DNA of 64,000 bases from Octopus sinensis (taxonomy: Eukaryota): the NCBI RefSeq assembly GCF_006345805.1, contig NC_043013.1:54312001-54376000 (forward strand). Direction: 5' to 3'. The stretch's first letter is position 1. The number at the start of each line of letters is the position of its first letter. Below the pieces are notes generated by a model. The model was given only the letters and a program-made list of their open reading frames with translations. It did no database searches and had not been told where the DNA came from. Shown piece by piece: positions 49,441-62,254 of the stretch. Position numbers and translations under genes: made by a program.

Positions 49441-49554
49441 TTCAATGATATGCAAAGTATATATATACATATATATATATATATATAACTCCACATCAAA
49501 TGGTTATCACGCAACTATCTAACATAAAAATTAGCTTCAATGATATGCAAAGTA
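49441..49554. mobile_element. 76-bp insertion bounded by a 19-bp direct repeat (probable TSD)
   Basis: TTCAATGATATGCAAAGTA at 49441-49459 and 49536-49554. Confidence 0.7.
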
Positions 49555-49699
49555 GACATCGTTAAAGGCTTTAAACATTATTCATCATCTTTAGATATTC
49601 GATTTATGTGATGTTCATTTATATATTCTGTAGAACAATTATGTCATTCATTATTCAGTATTTATCCTATTCATCATTCTCCTACATATTTCCTCTCTC

Positions 49700-50205
49700 A
49701 CAGGCCTCATAATATTTCTCACTCTTTCTTTTTTTAGCCAGTCATAAATATTGTAATTAATTTCTCTCTGATTTCTCTTCTTCCTCTGAACTTTTCTTTC
49801 ACTTTCATTTCTTTTGTCCCTTCCTTCCATGTAACAGCATCTCACACCCATACCGTTGCACACATTTCTCTCATACAATCCACATTCCTCATCCTTTTCC
49901 CATTTGTCTCATACTTACAACTTTTCCCACTTCCTTGCTGCCATGCTTTCCTCACACACACACACACCAACACATCATATCCCCATGCACCAATGCCACT
50001 ATATTTCTACACATACAACTGCCTCCACCTATATATGCATGTCTCTACACTGTTACACTTGCGTATACACACCTACCCTCTTCTTTCCGTTGAACCACAT
50101 TCCCACTTAGCGCCTGATCTTTCACCCAACTTTTTCTTTCTTACTCCCTCTATGCTTCTCTCTTCCTTCCGACGAAGGACTAATGCCCAAAATATCAAGA
50201 AGTTC
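49700..50205 (+). mobile_element. Pyrimidine-rich tract ending in a decayed hammerhead, probable Penelope-like terminal remnant
   Basis: CCGACGA-A-GG-actaatg-CCC-AAAA-TATC at 50169-50196 looks like CTGACGA..CCCGAAACGTC after CpG decay. Confidence 0.45.
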
Positions 50206-50529
50206 CCATTTTCTTTTAAGCAATAAACTAATACAGTATTTTATAAATATTGTTTCTGTATATATATATAATAATTATTATTATTTTGCAGTTTACTTAA
50301 TCATCAGTATATGATTGTTATTTTAATTTTATTATTTCTATTATATGTAATTTTTAGATGGTGTAATTTAATTGTTCCTTTTGAATTGATAAAAGGTGCT
50401 TTTTTTTTCTAATTTATATATATATATATATATATGAATGTAGTAACTCAGTAGCTTTGAACTTTCAGAGTATGTCAGCTTCATCAGACAGCCTTAATAT
50501 CCCTTATGAAAGATAAAAATAAAATTTAA

Positions 50530-50900
50530 AAAAAAACAGATTATCCACTAGACTAGACCAAGAAAAACTGAAGAATAGTTAGATCAGAGGTCCTTAAACT
50601 GCCAAATACCAGTCTTTCTCACACTTTTTACTTAGGAATGAGAGCAAAATAGAATTGCCTTCCAAATAATTCTTTGTTCTTGATGTTGGATAAAGCTTAA
50701 AAATCATGTGAGGCAATATGTTTACCGTATCCCTTCTAATAAGCACTGTTCCACCTGCTTCCCTGAGAAACACTGGGTTAGATGACTCAAGACAAAGTTA
50801 GATTTCCCAAGTAAAATGAAGAAATTAACCTTTTTATGACACTTGTAGACATCTTAGCAGTATTTAACTGATTAAGAGGGATGAGGTTTGAGAAAGAATT
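50530..50900 (-). pseudogene. Decayed L1/Tx1-type apurinic endonuclease fragment
   Basis: CLQVS* (CLQETH), AGGTVLIRRD (GVAILI), EGNSILL (EGHYIMV) and YLAV*GP (NIYAP) in the right order and spacing. Confidence 0.55.
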
Positions 50901-51479
50901 TTCTACTCCACTGTTGGATTAATAATTCCTTCCAGTAAATAGTTTCAATCAATTAATTTCAACACTGAAAGAGTTTGAGGCTTTCTGCTGTCACTTGCTA
51001 AAATAGGAGTGGAACCATGTTTGATAGTGGGACATTTGAGGAGAGAAGCCAGAAGATATTGTCAATCAAGATGGAGCAGGTGAGGACAAGGAACAACAGT
51101 TACTCAAGGCATGAGCTTACTGACAAAAATGAGGGATATTTTAACTCAATGGCATCATATTGCCAAACTCTCTATTTGGCAGAATTCCATATTCTTGTTT
51201 TTTCTTCGGGGATATTTGATGTTTCAAAATGTTGGCATATTCAACTGATAAGCATAACATTCATTTTTTCGCCTGAGTTTAAATCATTTTCTAGCCACCT
51301 GAAACTGTTTACCAATCTGGTAATTTCTAACAAATGTTTAAAAAAAAAATACACACACACACACACACACACATGTACATATAGACACACTGATATGTTT
51401 TAACTTTCAATACTTAATGGACAAATATGAGTCAGTAAATACATTCTTAACCATTTTATGTGCCACTGACCCTATTATA

Positions 51480-51778
51480 TTAATTATCACGTGACTGACC
51501 AGGCCATCAGATGTTGCTACACATCGCTGGTCACAATGCGCTTCGCATTGTTTTAGCCTTCGAATGATGCCACCCTGCTGGCTAAGGGAGCAGGCCAACA
51601 GAAGAAAGAGTGGTGAAAGAGTACAGCAGGGATCACCCCCCCCCTGCTGGAGCCTCGTGGAGCTTTTTTTTCGGTGTTTTCGCTCAATAAACACTCACAA
51701 TGCCCGGACTGGGAATCGAAACCACGACCCTACGACCGCGAGTCTGCTGCCCTAACCACTTGGCCATTGCGCCACCAC
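51480..51778 (-). mobile_element. Full-length SINE family C (tRNA-Arg-like head)
   Basis: Minus strand ggtggcgcaatggccaagtggttagggcagcagactcgcggtcg...ggtttcgattccc; same head as 2834. Confidence 0.92.
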
Positions 51779-52446
51779 ATTATATTTATTATAACTTTAC
51801 TAATATATCCACTACATTGCTTCTTGTGGCCAGACTGTACTTGTCTTCATCCATAAAGCACTGAGATTTGCGCTTACATAGCATGGACTGATGAGGATAT
51901 TTTATGAGACTACCATGCGCACTTAAAAATCAAAAAATAGTTAAAATATCTTTTTAGTGTATAATGGTGGCAAGTTTTACATCATCTGAAAAGTCATTAG
52001 TTGAACTATTAGTCCAGGGGTATTGGAGTGTTTGAGTGACTTTAGACCCCAACAAACATCTGTAAATTAAATGCATCTATCTAGGCCACGATTGGGGCCT
52101 GTTGACCTGTGCCTGATGGCCACAATCATGGCTTGTCGTGCTTTATGTGTTTATGTTCTCAAATAACAGATTCTACTTGGGTGTAAAACAGTAAAGGGAA
52201 TGCCAAGGTATTAAACCATTTATTCCAGCACGAAATGCCTAGATTTATGAAATGTATCTTATTTGTGTAAATGTTGGAAAATAATCGTTCTAGTTAGTTC
52301 CGTGTTCTCAGAATGTTGCTTGGATGTAAGGAACCGTGTGCAGACAATTCATCGACAAGCAATTCGCTGATTGGACTATACTTTAATGATTTGACCAGTC
52401 CATCGCTTTAATAATAATAATAATAATAATAATAATGATGATGATA

Positions 52447-53035
52447 AGGTGGCGAGCTGACAGAAACGTTTGTATGCTGGGTGAAATGCTTAGTGGTATT
52501 TCATCTGCGTTATGTTGTGAGTTCGAATTCCGCCAAGGTCGACTTTGTCTTTCATCCTTTCGAGGTTGATTAAATAAATACGAGTTACGCACTGGGGTCG
52601 ATATAATCGACTTAATCCATTTGCCTGTCCTTGTTTGTTCCCTCTGTGTTTAGCTCCCTGTGTGTAGTAAAGAAATAGGTATTTCATCTGACTTTACGTT
52701 CTGAGTTCAAATTCAGCTGAGGTTGACTTTGTCTTTCATCCTTTCGGGGTCGATTAAATAAATACCAGTTACGCATTGGGGTCGATATAATCGACTTAAT
52801 CCATTTGTCTGTCCTTGTTTGTCCTCTCTATGTTTAGCCCCTTGTTGCTAGTAAAGAAATAGGTATTTCATCTGACTTTACGTTCTGAGTTCAAATTCTG
52901 CTGAGGTCGACTTTGTCTTTCATCTTTTCGGGGTTGATTAAATAAATACCAGTTGCGTACTGGGATTGATCGAATCGACTACCCACCCCACTCCCTAAAA
53001 ATTTCGGGCCTTGTGCCCAGAGTAGAAAAGAATAA
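52447..53035 (+). mobile_element. Tandem trimer of SINE family A (one head, 183/184-bp period)
   Basis: Units re-enter at GGTATTTC at 52495, 52678 and 52862. Confidence 0.93.
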
Positions 53036-53289
53036 TAATGTTGATGATTTCACATTTTAGTACAAGGCCAGCAAGATGAGGGAAGGAGGTGAAGGAGGTA
53101 AGTTGTCTGTTGACAAGTTGCCAGTCTACTGGAACTAAGGAAGAGTTTAAGAAGTTTGTTTCTGGTTTGGTCCTACAGTGTGGCACCATTGGCAAGTGTC
53201 TTCTTTTATTCTAGCCTTGGATTTGGTCATTGAAAACTGAATAATGCCTCTCGTGTGTGTGTGTGTGTGTGTGTGTGTATTTTCACTTG

Positions 53290-53530
53290 ATATTGAACGA
53301 GAGTTGGAAACAAGCAACTCCATACAAGTGGTGCCATCTGGTTCCAGTCTTGCATGAAAATGTACCTGGCCATTGGGGGAAATATCACCTTACTTGGATA
53401 CAAGTGAAGGTTGGCAACATGGAGGGCAGCCAGCTATAAAATTATTCATCCATAAATTCTGTCTGACCCATATTTGGACCAAACAGTTTATCGAGGAAGC
53501 GGGATAAAGCGATGATGATTAATACAGTCT
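53290..53530 (+). mobile_element. RTE-type tail variant E2 (decayed)
   Basis: ggttggcaacatggagggcagccagctataaaa...tctgacccat; homologous to 20280-20500. Confidence 0.6.
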
Positions 53531-55949
53531 TAACATATTTACACTACGATTTGAATTTTGTATATCACACAATACGTGAATCTATGGAAGTTATTTAGAA
53601 TTGCCTTAACTTCCTTTGTCTTTGGTTTTTATGGAAGATAAACATCTCACTATACACTGAAGTGTACAGCAATCATCCGTGTTGTGGTACAAAATCAAGG
53701 ACAGTTTAAACACTAGCTATTTGGATAGCATGGAGACCTAATGACTGAAATACTGTTGGTAATTCCTTGGAGTATCATTGAGTAACAATTTATGAATTGT
53801 TTCTCTTCATATTCTGTTAAACTAGCTGGTCACCTTTAAATTAATTGTGACACATATTTTATTGTAGCAGTGTTGGCTACAGATTAGGGCTTCATTATGC
53901 ACAAGAGGTTCAAATTAATTAGAAGCTTATATGTTCCATGAGAACTGCTGGTGTGATTTTTTTAAATAAGGACCCTTCTATACTATATATAGCTTAGAAC
54001 CTCACCTGGTTTAAATCCAACACTGTGCATGCATGGACCATTCCAGGTATCATACATATCATAGTGTTCCAGCCATAAAAATCAATAGTTCACAAAAAAA
54101 AAAGAAAATCTGAAAAATTAATGGTCACCATTAGCTATGTTAAGCATATGGCAGAAAAACCAAGTAAACACACCAAAGATTAAAAAACCTAAGCCAATTC
54201 TACATAATTTGTTTAGATTCAAGTATCTTGTGATGTATAAAATTCAAACCAGAAAATGTGGAAGGTAATTGCCCATTTGCAATAACATCTTATGGAGGTG
54301 AGATGGACCTAATGGAACCTAAAATCATTTCCTGTTCAAAAAATTAATGGAACAAGTTTTATGTATTTGTGTGTGTGTGTATGTGTGTTGAATTAAAATT
54401 AGATCTTAAGTTATTTGTTAAATTAAAGAATAGTCTAGAAGTTGTTACTAAGCTATGGTGACATTTCAAGTCATTTTTTTTACTTGTTGTTCACTGTCAG
54501 CAGCTACTTGCCTTTATCAAGATTTTACAGTTTAAAATTTCTAAGACTAAAAAAATTCCAAAAGACTATTTGTGCAATAAAAGCACAAAGAATCCGAGAC
54601 TGTTATTGAGTAACTGAAGTAGTCTGAAAATATTATAATGACAAAATCCTCTTATGAGATGCAATGAGAGAGAAAGAAAAGAGACAAAACAGAAGTGAAA
54701 GATAATGAAGATAGGAAAAACAAATTAGAGCAATGATAGATATTGGCTAACCTTGCTTATCTCTTAGTAATGTTATCAGTTGATGGGTAATGTGTTATAG
54801 AATTATTCATAAAGTTAAAATTACAGAATGTGTAAATTGTAAAATAATCAATAATTCTGTTGTTGCTGTTGTTGTTTCTTAAGTCCAGGAAGGAATTGTT
54901 GATATAATACTTAAAATAGTCAGAGAAATACTGTGAGAAAAACAAACATAAAGGAATTTTTTTCACAAAGCAGTTGAATCAATGCTGATTACATTGAAAT
55001 AAATTTCAAATGACTCCAGTTTACATACAAAACTGATTTTATATACAACAAATTCCTGATCAAATTTAGTGAAAAGAATCAAAATTAACCAAACATTGAA
55101 TACTGGAATAGCTGCTGCTGAAGTATTGCACTTTGTCTGTAGGAGAAATATTTTGGTTGGAATCGAGGATGAAGTATAAAAGTTGCAAAAGGATGTATCA
55201 AGTAAAAACCTGTCATTTCAATAAAAATATTTCTTTCTAATTTTGGTTCCAGGCCAGCAGTTTTGCCAGGTGGCAGAAGGTGACAAGACAGTGACCCCAG
55301 TGTTTAAATGGTACCTAAGGAAAAATGTCACTATTAAAAGGAAGTGCCATCTACTCAACATCATGCAAAAGACAGCATTCCAAATCCAATAAGTCCTAAA
55401 CATAAATGGAGTTGGTCAAAGTACCAGAGGGGAAAACAAAAATTTCAAAATATGTTTTTTAAATATCGATTCACATTAATGAGTTGACATCAATCATCTG
55501 TCATTATTGACATCAATCATCTGTCATCTTTGTTGTATTATGGTAATGGTGAAACAGAATGTTATATATCTTCTAACTATTCATGTAACAACATACATTG
55601 GAAATGGGAATTGAAGATTGGGATGTGTGTGTGTGCATGATACACATAGAATGAGTTTTAATTTATTTTAATTATTGCATTCAAGGAAGAGGTTCCTTCC
55701 AATAAACTGGAATATTGAAAGTAGATTTGATAACAATGCTTATAAGAACATTAAGGAATTCTTAGCTGATGAGAATAAATTCAATAAATGCTAAATGAAA
55801 TGATGTAGAAAACCTTACAGATAAGTTCCATGGCAAAACTTAAATATAAACGTGAAAATTTACACTCAAACTGTAGCCAAGCATTCAGTCATCTGCTTTA
55901 GACTCAGGTACCAAGCAGCTCTTTCTGAGAACCATTCCATAGTCATTTT

Positions 55950-56133
55950 TTTTTACTCTTTTACTTGTTTCAGTCATTTGACTGTGGCCATGCTGGAGCA
56001 CTGCCTTTAGTCTAGCAAATCAACCCCAGAACTTATTCTTTGTAAGCCTAGTACTTATTCTGTTGCTGAATTGCTAAGTTACGAGGACATAAACACACCA
56101 GCATCAGTTGGGGGGACAAACACAGACACACAA

Positions 56134-56172
<39 letters not shown>

Positions 56173-56327
56173 CATACATAAAAACATATATACGACAGGC
56201 TTCTTTTAGTTTCCGTCTACCAAATCCACTCACAAAGCTATAGTAGAAGACACTTGCCCAAGGTACCTGAACCTGGAACCATGTAGTTGGTAAGCCAGCT
56301 ATTTACCGCACAGCCACTTCTACACCT
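55950..56327 (-). mobile_element. SINE family B
   Basis: ttacttgtttcagtcatttgactgtggccatgctggagc...gaagacacttgcccaagg. Confidence 0.9.
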
Positions 56328-56585
56328 GTTTATACATGTTTATTGATAATGATTATAATGCATGTATATAATTTATGCACATGCTGGGTTTTATTCTTTA
56401 TCTTCCAAATATTTATTTCTGTCATTTATTAGATATATTTTCCTTTATTGAATCTGTTACAAATATCATTAAGTTTGACTTGTTACTCTAATACTCACAA
56501 ATTCACCAAAATTTTACGATAAAATGCCCTTCACCTTCATATCTTAATATTTGGTGTGTAAATTTTAATGAAACATTGAATTCAA

Positions 56586-56828
56586 ATTCTGTTGTGTCAG
56601 GGGAGAGTCATTCTCTTTTAGTGCCTTATTATTTCACACACTCACCGGTAAAATTTCCACTTATTTCTTATTTTTATTTTCTAAAGAGAGTCAAGACTAC
56701 TGAAAAGGTTGCAAGACGCAACGAAAAGTTTAGAAAATAAAAATAAGAAATAAGTGGAAATTTTACCGGTGAGTGTGTTAAATAATAAGGCACTAAAAGA
56801 GAATGACTCTCACCAGACACAACAGAAT
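56586..56828. mobile_element. Foldback/MITE with 100-bp inverted arms and 43-bp spacer
   Basis: 56586-56685 versus reverse complement of 56729-56828: 3 mismatches. Confidence 0.92.
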
Positions 56829-57435
56829 ATGCTTCAACACACGAACTCATATAAAGAATCTTGCAAACCAAATCCAAAAGTTGAATTCAAAATTTAAAGT
56901 TTTGAGAAAGAACTTAAGCAAGACATATGCCATCATTCCTCTATACTAGAGGTACAAATATCTTCTAACCATGGATTTCCATGTTTCAAAGTCTGACAAC
57001 TAACGATTTTTGCGGAGAAGTTACGGTAGTATTTCCCTATTGCCTTCTGCCATTTCATTTATCATGTGATCAGTTTGTATCCTGCTGTATTGTTGTTACC
57101 CAACAGGCAAGTGACAGGTTTATGTGAATGAACTAGGGTATGTCCACACACTTCTCAGTCTCTAAACTTGTTTAGGGGCCATCTTGCCATCGTGTCCAGT
57201 GTGCCTTAGCCACAAAATATACAAACATACAGTCTGATTCAAACAAATGGTTGAGCTGTGATTTCCAGCTGATGCCAAGTTTAGAGTTTAAAAAGAAATT
57301 CCTACAAATCTATAAATTGTGTTTCTTAAAGTTGGTCTGGAAGGAGAGAAATTTATTAATTTAATGAATTTGCTGCACAAAATTGCGATTCTGTGGTACT
57401 TAACTGATCTCTGTTCTTGATTAACAATTAATTCC

Positions 57436-57627
57436 ATTATATATATATGTATGCATGTGTGTGTGTTTATATATGTGTGTGTATGTAAGTATGTATATAT
57501 ATATACATATATTTAGATATATATGTGCCTGTGTGTATATATATATATTTATATATATGTAGATGTGTATATATATATATATATGTGTATATATATTTAT
57601 ATATATGTATGTGTATGTACATGTATG

Positions 57628-57660
<33 letters not shown>

Positions 57661-57761
57661 GTATGAATATATATGTATACATATATATATGTGTATTTAT
57701 ATATGAATGTATATATATATATGTATATATATATGTGTATATATATGTATGTATATATATA

Positions 57762-57826
<65 letters not shown>

Positions 57827-57840
57827 ATATATATATATAA
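57436..57840. repeat. Compound (TA)n/(TG)n microsatellite
   Basis: Directly visible. Confidence 0.97.
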
Positions 57841-58891
57841 TTGGAGCAATGTTAGATTTCAGGTTGGTCTTTCAGCTGAGAACAGTAATGATGTGATTAC
57901 ATATAGAATGTTTCTAATAAAGCAGCTAAAGTAAAGGGCGTGTTATTTGTAATGGCATCATTGCTATAATGGCAATGGATTCGGTAAAACTAATGGCATG
58001 CTAATGATTTACAGTGTCTCTTCCACTATCTTACACTTGTGATTGATATAAACACCAGTGTAGACTTTATAGAAATTTAATTAAAAGATCTACTTAAGTT
58101 GGTATGGCTTATTTAATCTCAGCTTTAGCTAACTTCCTCGGTGATTCAAAGTTCTGAAATATTTTCTCACAATTCTCATTCATTGAGTAAAAGAGTAACT
58201 GTTGATTCTGGTTGGGTTAACATTTATGTGTGAAGCTTATTCCAAGTATTCATCAAAAGATCATTTCATCACTGCTTAACTTGTTGCTTCTTTTAAAAAA
58301 TGTCACATAGAAAAAGTATAACTGCATCAATAATGGTTTATCTTCAGTTAGTGATGTATGACTCTGTTTTTGTTCCAACATCAGAAGCCCAGTGAAATTA
58401 TTACGCAAAATCAATTAATTATTATTGGTTATCAACACAAAGCATTTTTGTTGTGTAACATAAGAGACTTCATCAGAATATGTAAAAGTATCTCTGGCTT
58501 TTATGGCTACACCTGAGGTTGTATGTTTTTTAATGGAAAGGATACAATCCATTGAGTCAGTTATACCACTGATGCTGATTTTATGAAATATAGAGGCAAG
58601 ATGTGACCTTAAATTGTAAAAGGATGGAATAAAATTCTACAATATATTTTTAGTCTGTTTCTGCAATTTTCCTGTTGTTCAAAATTTAGAGATAATATTG
58701 AAATATTAATGAAAGCTAACAAGTTGCTGTAAAACTTTTCTTTATTACATTAGAACAAAACGTGTTTGTTTTTTTTTGTTTTTGTTAGGGTGAGGCATTT
58801 GATTGACAGTAACTTTATTTTGCTGACTCTGAAAAGGGGGAAAAGTAAAGTTGACTTTAGGGTTATATGTATGTGTATGTATATATGTATG

Positions 58892-58926
<35 letters not shown>

Positions 58927-61149
58927 GTATGTATGTGCATGTATGTTAGATTTCAAATTGGTCTTTGAACTTAGAATATGAAGAAATTGGAAGAATATAA
59001 TGCAGGGAATTTTGTTCAACCCTAATAAATGTGCCAATCCACTGTACTTGTGTCAGTTGCATCTTAGTAAAGTTATAAAATGGCATGCACTAAGACATCC
59101 TGGTAATTCCAAGAGTCTTCTACTGAGAAAAATAATTTTTTGCCTAAGAACATTTTAATTATGGCATAAATATCAAAACTGCATTTAACATTTCAATAAT
59201 TTAAGAAATGATGTATTGAATAATTTACACAGGAAATTCTCAACTAACTGGAGTTTGCCATTTAGTTGGAGGAAGACAAAACCTAGTGGTAATCATTTGT
59301 GGCTCTTAAAAGAAAAGGGGAGACACTCTGAAGAAATTATGATTTAATTTCACAAAACTAATTTATATGTTTAAAGATAAAATCTTTTTTCTTTGACATC
59401 AAGGAGGGGACAACTATTAATATGATTCAGTAGATTAGACTGCTTCTACAGTCTCCTGATGCCAGCTTTGAAAAACTGACAAATTTTTGTTGATATGAAA
59501 AGAATTAAAAATATTTATGGCCAGTATAATTTGCATAGTTTAAAAAATGGGATGAACTTAGGGGAACATGATTAGTGAGGCTAAAAGAAATTAACAAGTT
59601 ATGTACTAATGCCATACACAAAATAAATTAAGGGACCATGAACTTAATGACAAAGGCAAAAATTCCTCAACTGAAATTTGCATGGAAATCAAGTAAATAA
59701 ATTTCATGAAATTGTTTTCCCTTGTCTTTGAGAGTCGCAAGCAATTGCCATTAGGCTTTAGCATTTTTTTTGTAACTAATAATTTTGAAGGTACATCATT
59801 CGATAAATCACCTCTTATTTATCTCAATTCATGTCATTGTCCCCACTTGAGTTACCTTAACACTATTTATTTATCTTTAATTATCATCTGATGATGTGTA
59901 GCTTTATTAACGTTCTGTGTTTATGTTATAGTGTTTATTACTTAGCAACAAGCTAAGAGCTAATTAGTATTATTTTCATTTCTGGTAGCAGCAGATAAGA
60001 TAAACTTTGCACTAGAAAGACATCAGAAGGGTTAAAGTTTACACCAAGTTTTCCTGATAGCAACTCTTCTGTTGATTAGTTTATCTTGAAAAGTGCGGTG
60101 GAAAAGATTAAAAGAAATCTTGTGTAGCTTCTAACTAAACTTTAACCTTTCCTCATCAATTGCTGGACACTAAAACTGTTAATGACAGAGATTTCCAGAT
60201 ATACCCACACCTTGATGCCAAAGAAAACTCTTTTGAAGAAATATTCAGTATGTTATAGTCTAAGAAACTGAAAAAGTCTTCAAGAAGTTTACAAATTCTT
60301 TCATCTATTCTCTTGAAATATATCAAAACTTATTTCTTTTTGCATTGCTTGTGGCAAGCTAATGATGATGATTCTTTTCAACAAAATCACTTTAATATGA
60401 CCAAACAAAAATCAATCTAGCACAATTCTTTGTTGCTTGTAATTAAAAGTTAGTCATAGCTTAGTTACAAGAACAAATATCTAAGCTTTTCTTTTAAAAT
60501 ATTTTACATATAAACTTGCCTATGTTCAGTATTATACAATAAACATTATTAGAGATATTTGGCAGCATTTTCAGAACAGATCAAGTCCTTATTAACAGCT
60601 GGCTGGCACTGAAATCAGATTCTGTAGAATTATTTCAAAGTATGAATTCTTCAAATTTTGAAATATAGATATTTCGAAATTTCTTTTCTAATTCCTTTTC
60701 TTCGTTGTCTTATGATAAATTGAAACCTTTCCAGTTTTTTTGTAACTTTTAAGTTGCTTTTAGGTGTAAATACTATTAATGAACATGAATATAAGCAATA
60801 AAGTTGTTTCACAGAGAATTTAGTTCCAGAACGAAATATTGAAATATTATCTGTTGTAGTCTCCAAGACAAGTAAAAAATGTGGTGGGGAAATGTACATA
60901 GGAGTAAAATGATGTGTTTAAGTTAAGTTGGTGTTGAAAAACTAAAAAGAGCATATATCTCTATTTTACAAATGGAAGAGAGTGAGAGACAACCTCATTT
61001 ACCTGTTTGATATTTTAAAATCAATTTTTTTGCTTTTTTAGTCTGGAGGGAAGGCCGTGCCTGTAATCCTTTGCAGCATTTCTGAGGCAAGTAAGAAGAA
61101 AGGAGAGGGGAAGGAGTCTTCAAGCTGGAAATCTGGCCAAAATATTTGC

Positions 61150-61420
61150 TCCCCACACCAAGAACAAGGTGATAGTGTTAAGCTGAGTGGCAGATTAATT
61201 CTGCCACCATGTAGGTCATGGTAGGATTTGAACTCAGAATGCAAAGAGCTGGAACAAATACCACTTAAAGTTCTATCAGCCCCTTACTTCAAATTGGTGC
61301 CTTCAGTTATCCTTAAAGGGTAAAAGGCAAAGTGAAACTGAGCTGGATTTGAACTCGGAGCATAGAAAGTCAGAAGAAATACCAGAAGGCATCCTGTCTG
61401 CCGCTCTAAGGACTCTACCA
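61150..61420 (-). mobile_element. Two decayed SINE family A remnants
   Basis: ggatttgaactcagaatgcaaagagc and ggcaaagtgaaactgagctggatttgaactcggagc. Confidence 0.6.
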
Positions 61421-62254
61421 TTTTCCTGCCTGATGGCGAGATTAGTCAGCTAAAGGCTTTCAGTTCTGTTTTCATTTTGTCTTTAGTGTTATGCAGTCAC
61501 CATTTGAAATGAATGGGAAAAGTTAAAGTTTGCTCTCAAATAAATGGGATCCAATTGTTTTGATGCAAGTGTATTATGTATATTGGAGGCTGTAAGCTGA
61601 GAGAAAAGGTCACTATGTTTAGGTATTACGATCGCGTAATATGTTTCTCCCTTTAATATTATCATGTTGATAAAGATCCGTTTCAGCTAAGAAATGAGCT
61701 GCTTTTAATAGTGAATTTGTGGGTTAATTTAATGTGGTTAATGGGAATTGATAATGCTTGTACATGTTAGAAGAAGATTGCACGGCTACTTTTCCTGTTG
61801 ACATGAATTTCAGGGGCCAACAGGGCAACGTATCTCAAAATGAAATTGACAAGAGTTGTCTCTTGCAGGTACTTCCAACACTTCAGATAGGTTTCAGGTG
61901 ATGGAAATTGGTTGATAGCTAAATGGATTTTCGTTCTTTGGCAAAGGGTCACATAATTACGAGAGAAGTGGGGAGAAAAGAAGTGAGCCATTTTGACTCC
62001 AGATAGTTTGTGGATCACCAAAATTGATGGACACTAGCTTAGAAAGAAAATTATCATTCTCATTACTATGTCCTATCTTTCAGAACGCTGGAGATTTTAT
62101 TGTTCAAAGAGAATGGGAGTAAACATGTGCGCACAAAATTAGAAGAGATTGCATTTAGACACCAAGAAAAATATGTCACACGGCAATTTGAAATATTTTT
62201 CAATTTCCTAATGGCCTGTTTGAAAATAAAGGAACTGAATTATTGAAAATATTT

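Noticed and set aside
51017-51403. 128-aa ORF (also 18581-19090)
   Set aside because: No recognisable motif, runs into microsatellite, no splice support.
52447-53035. Regularly spaced repeats as a CRISPR-like array
   Set aside because: Units are whole SINE bodies without unique spacers; eukaryotic context.
55484-55527. Exact 21-bp tandem duplication (period 23)
   Set aside because: Ordinary slippage-type duplication with no further structure.
60000-60900. Possible L1-like RT remnant on the minus strand (VYLEISV)
   Set aside because: Only one weak motif; no YADD-like motif at the expected distance.
61003-61140. Minus-strand KYQTG followed by GTAAAT as possible THSD7 exon 1
   Set aside because: Phase fits, but there is no signal peptide or start codon and it abuts decayed SINE sequence.
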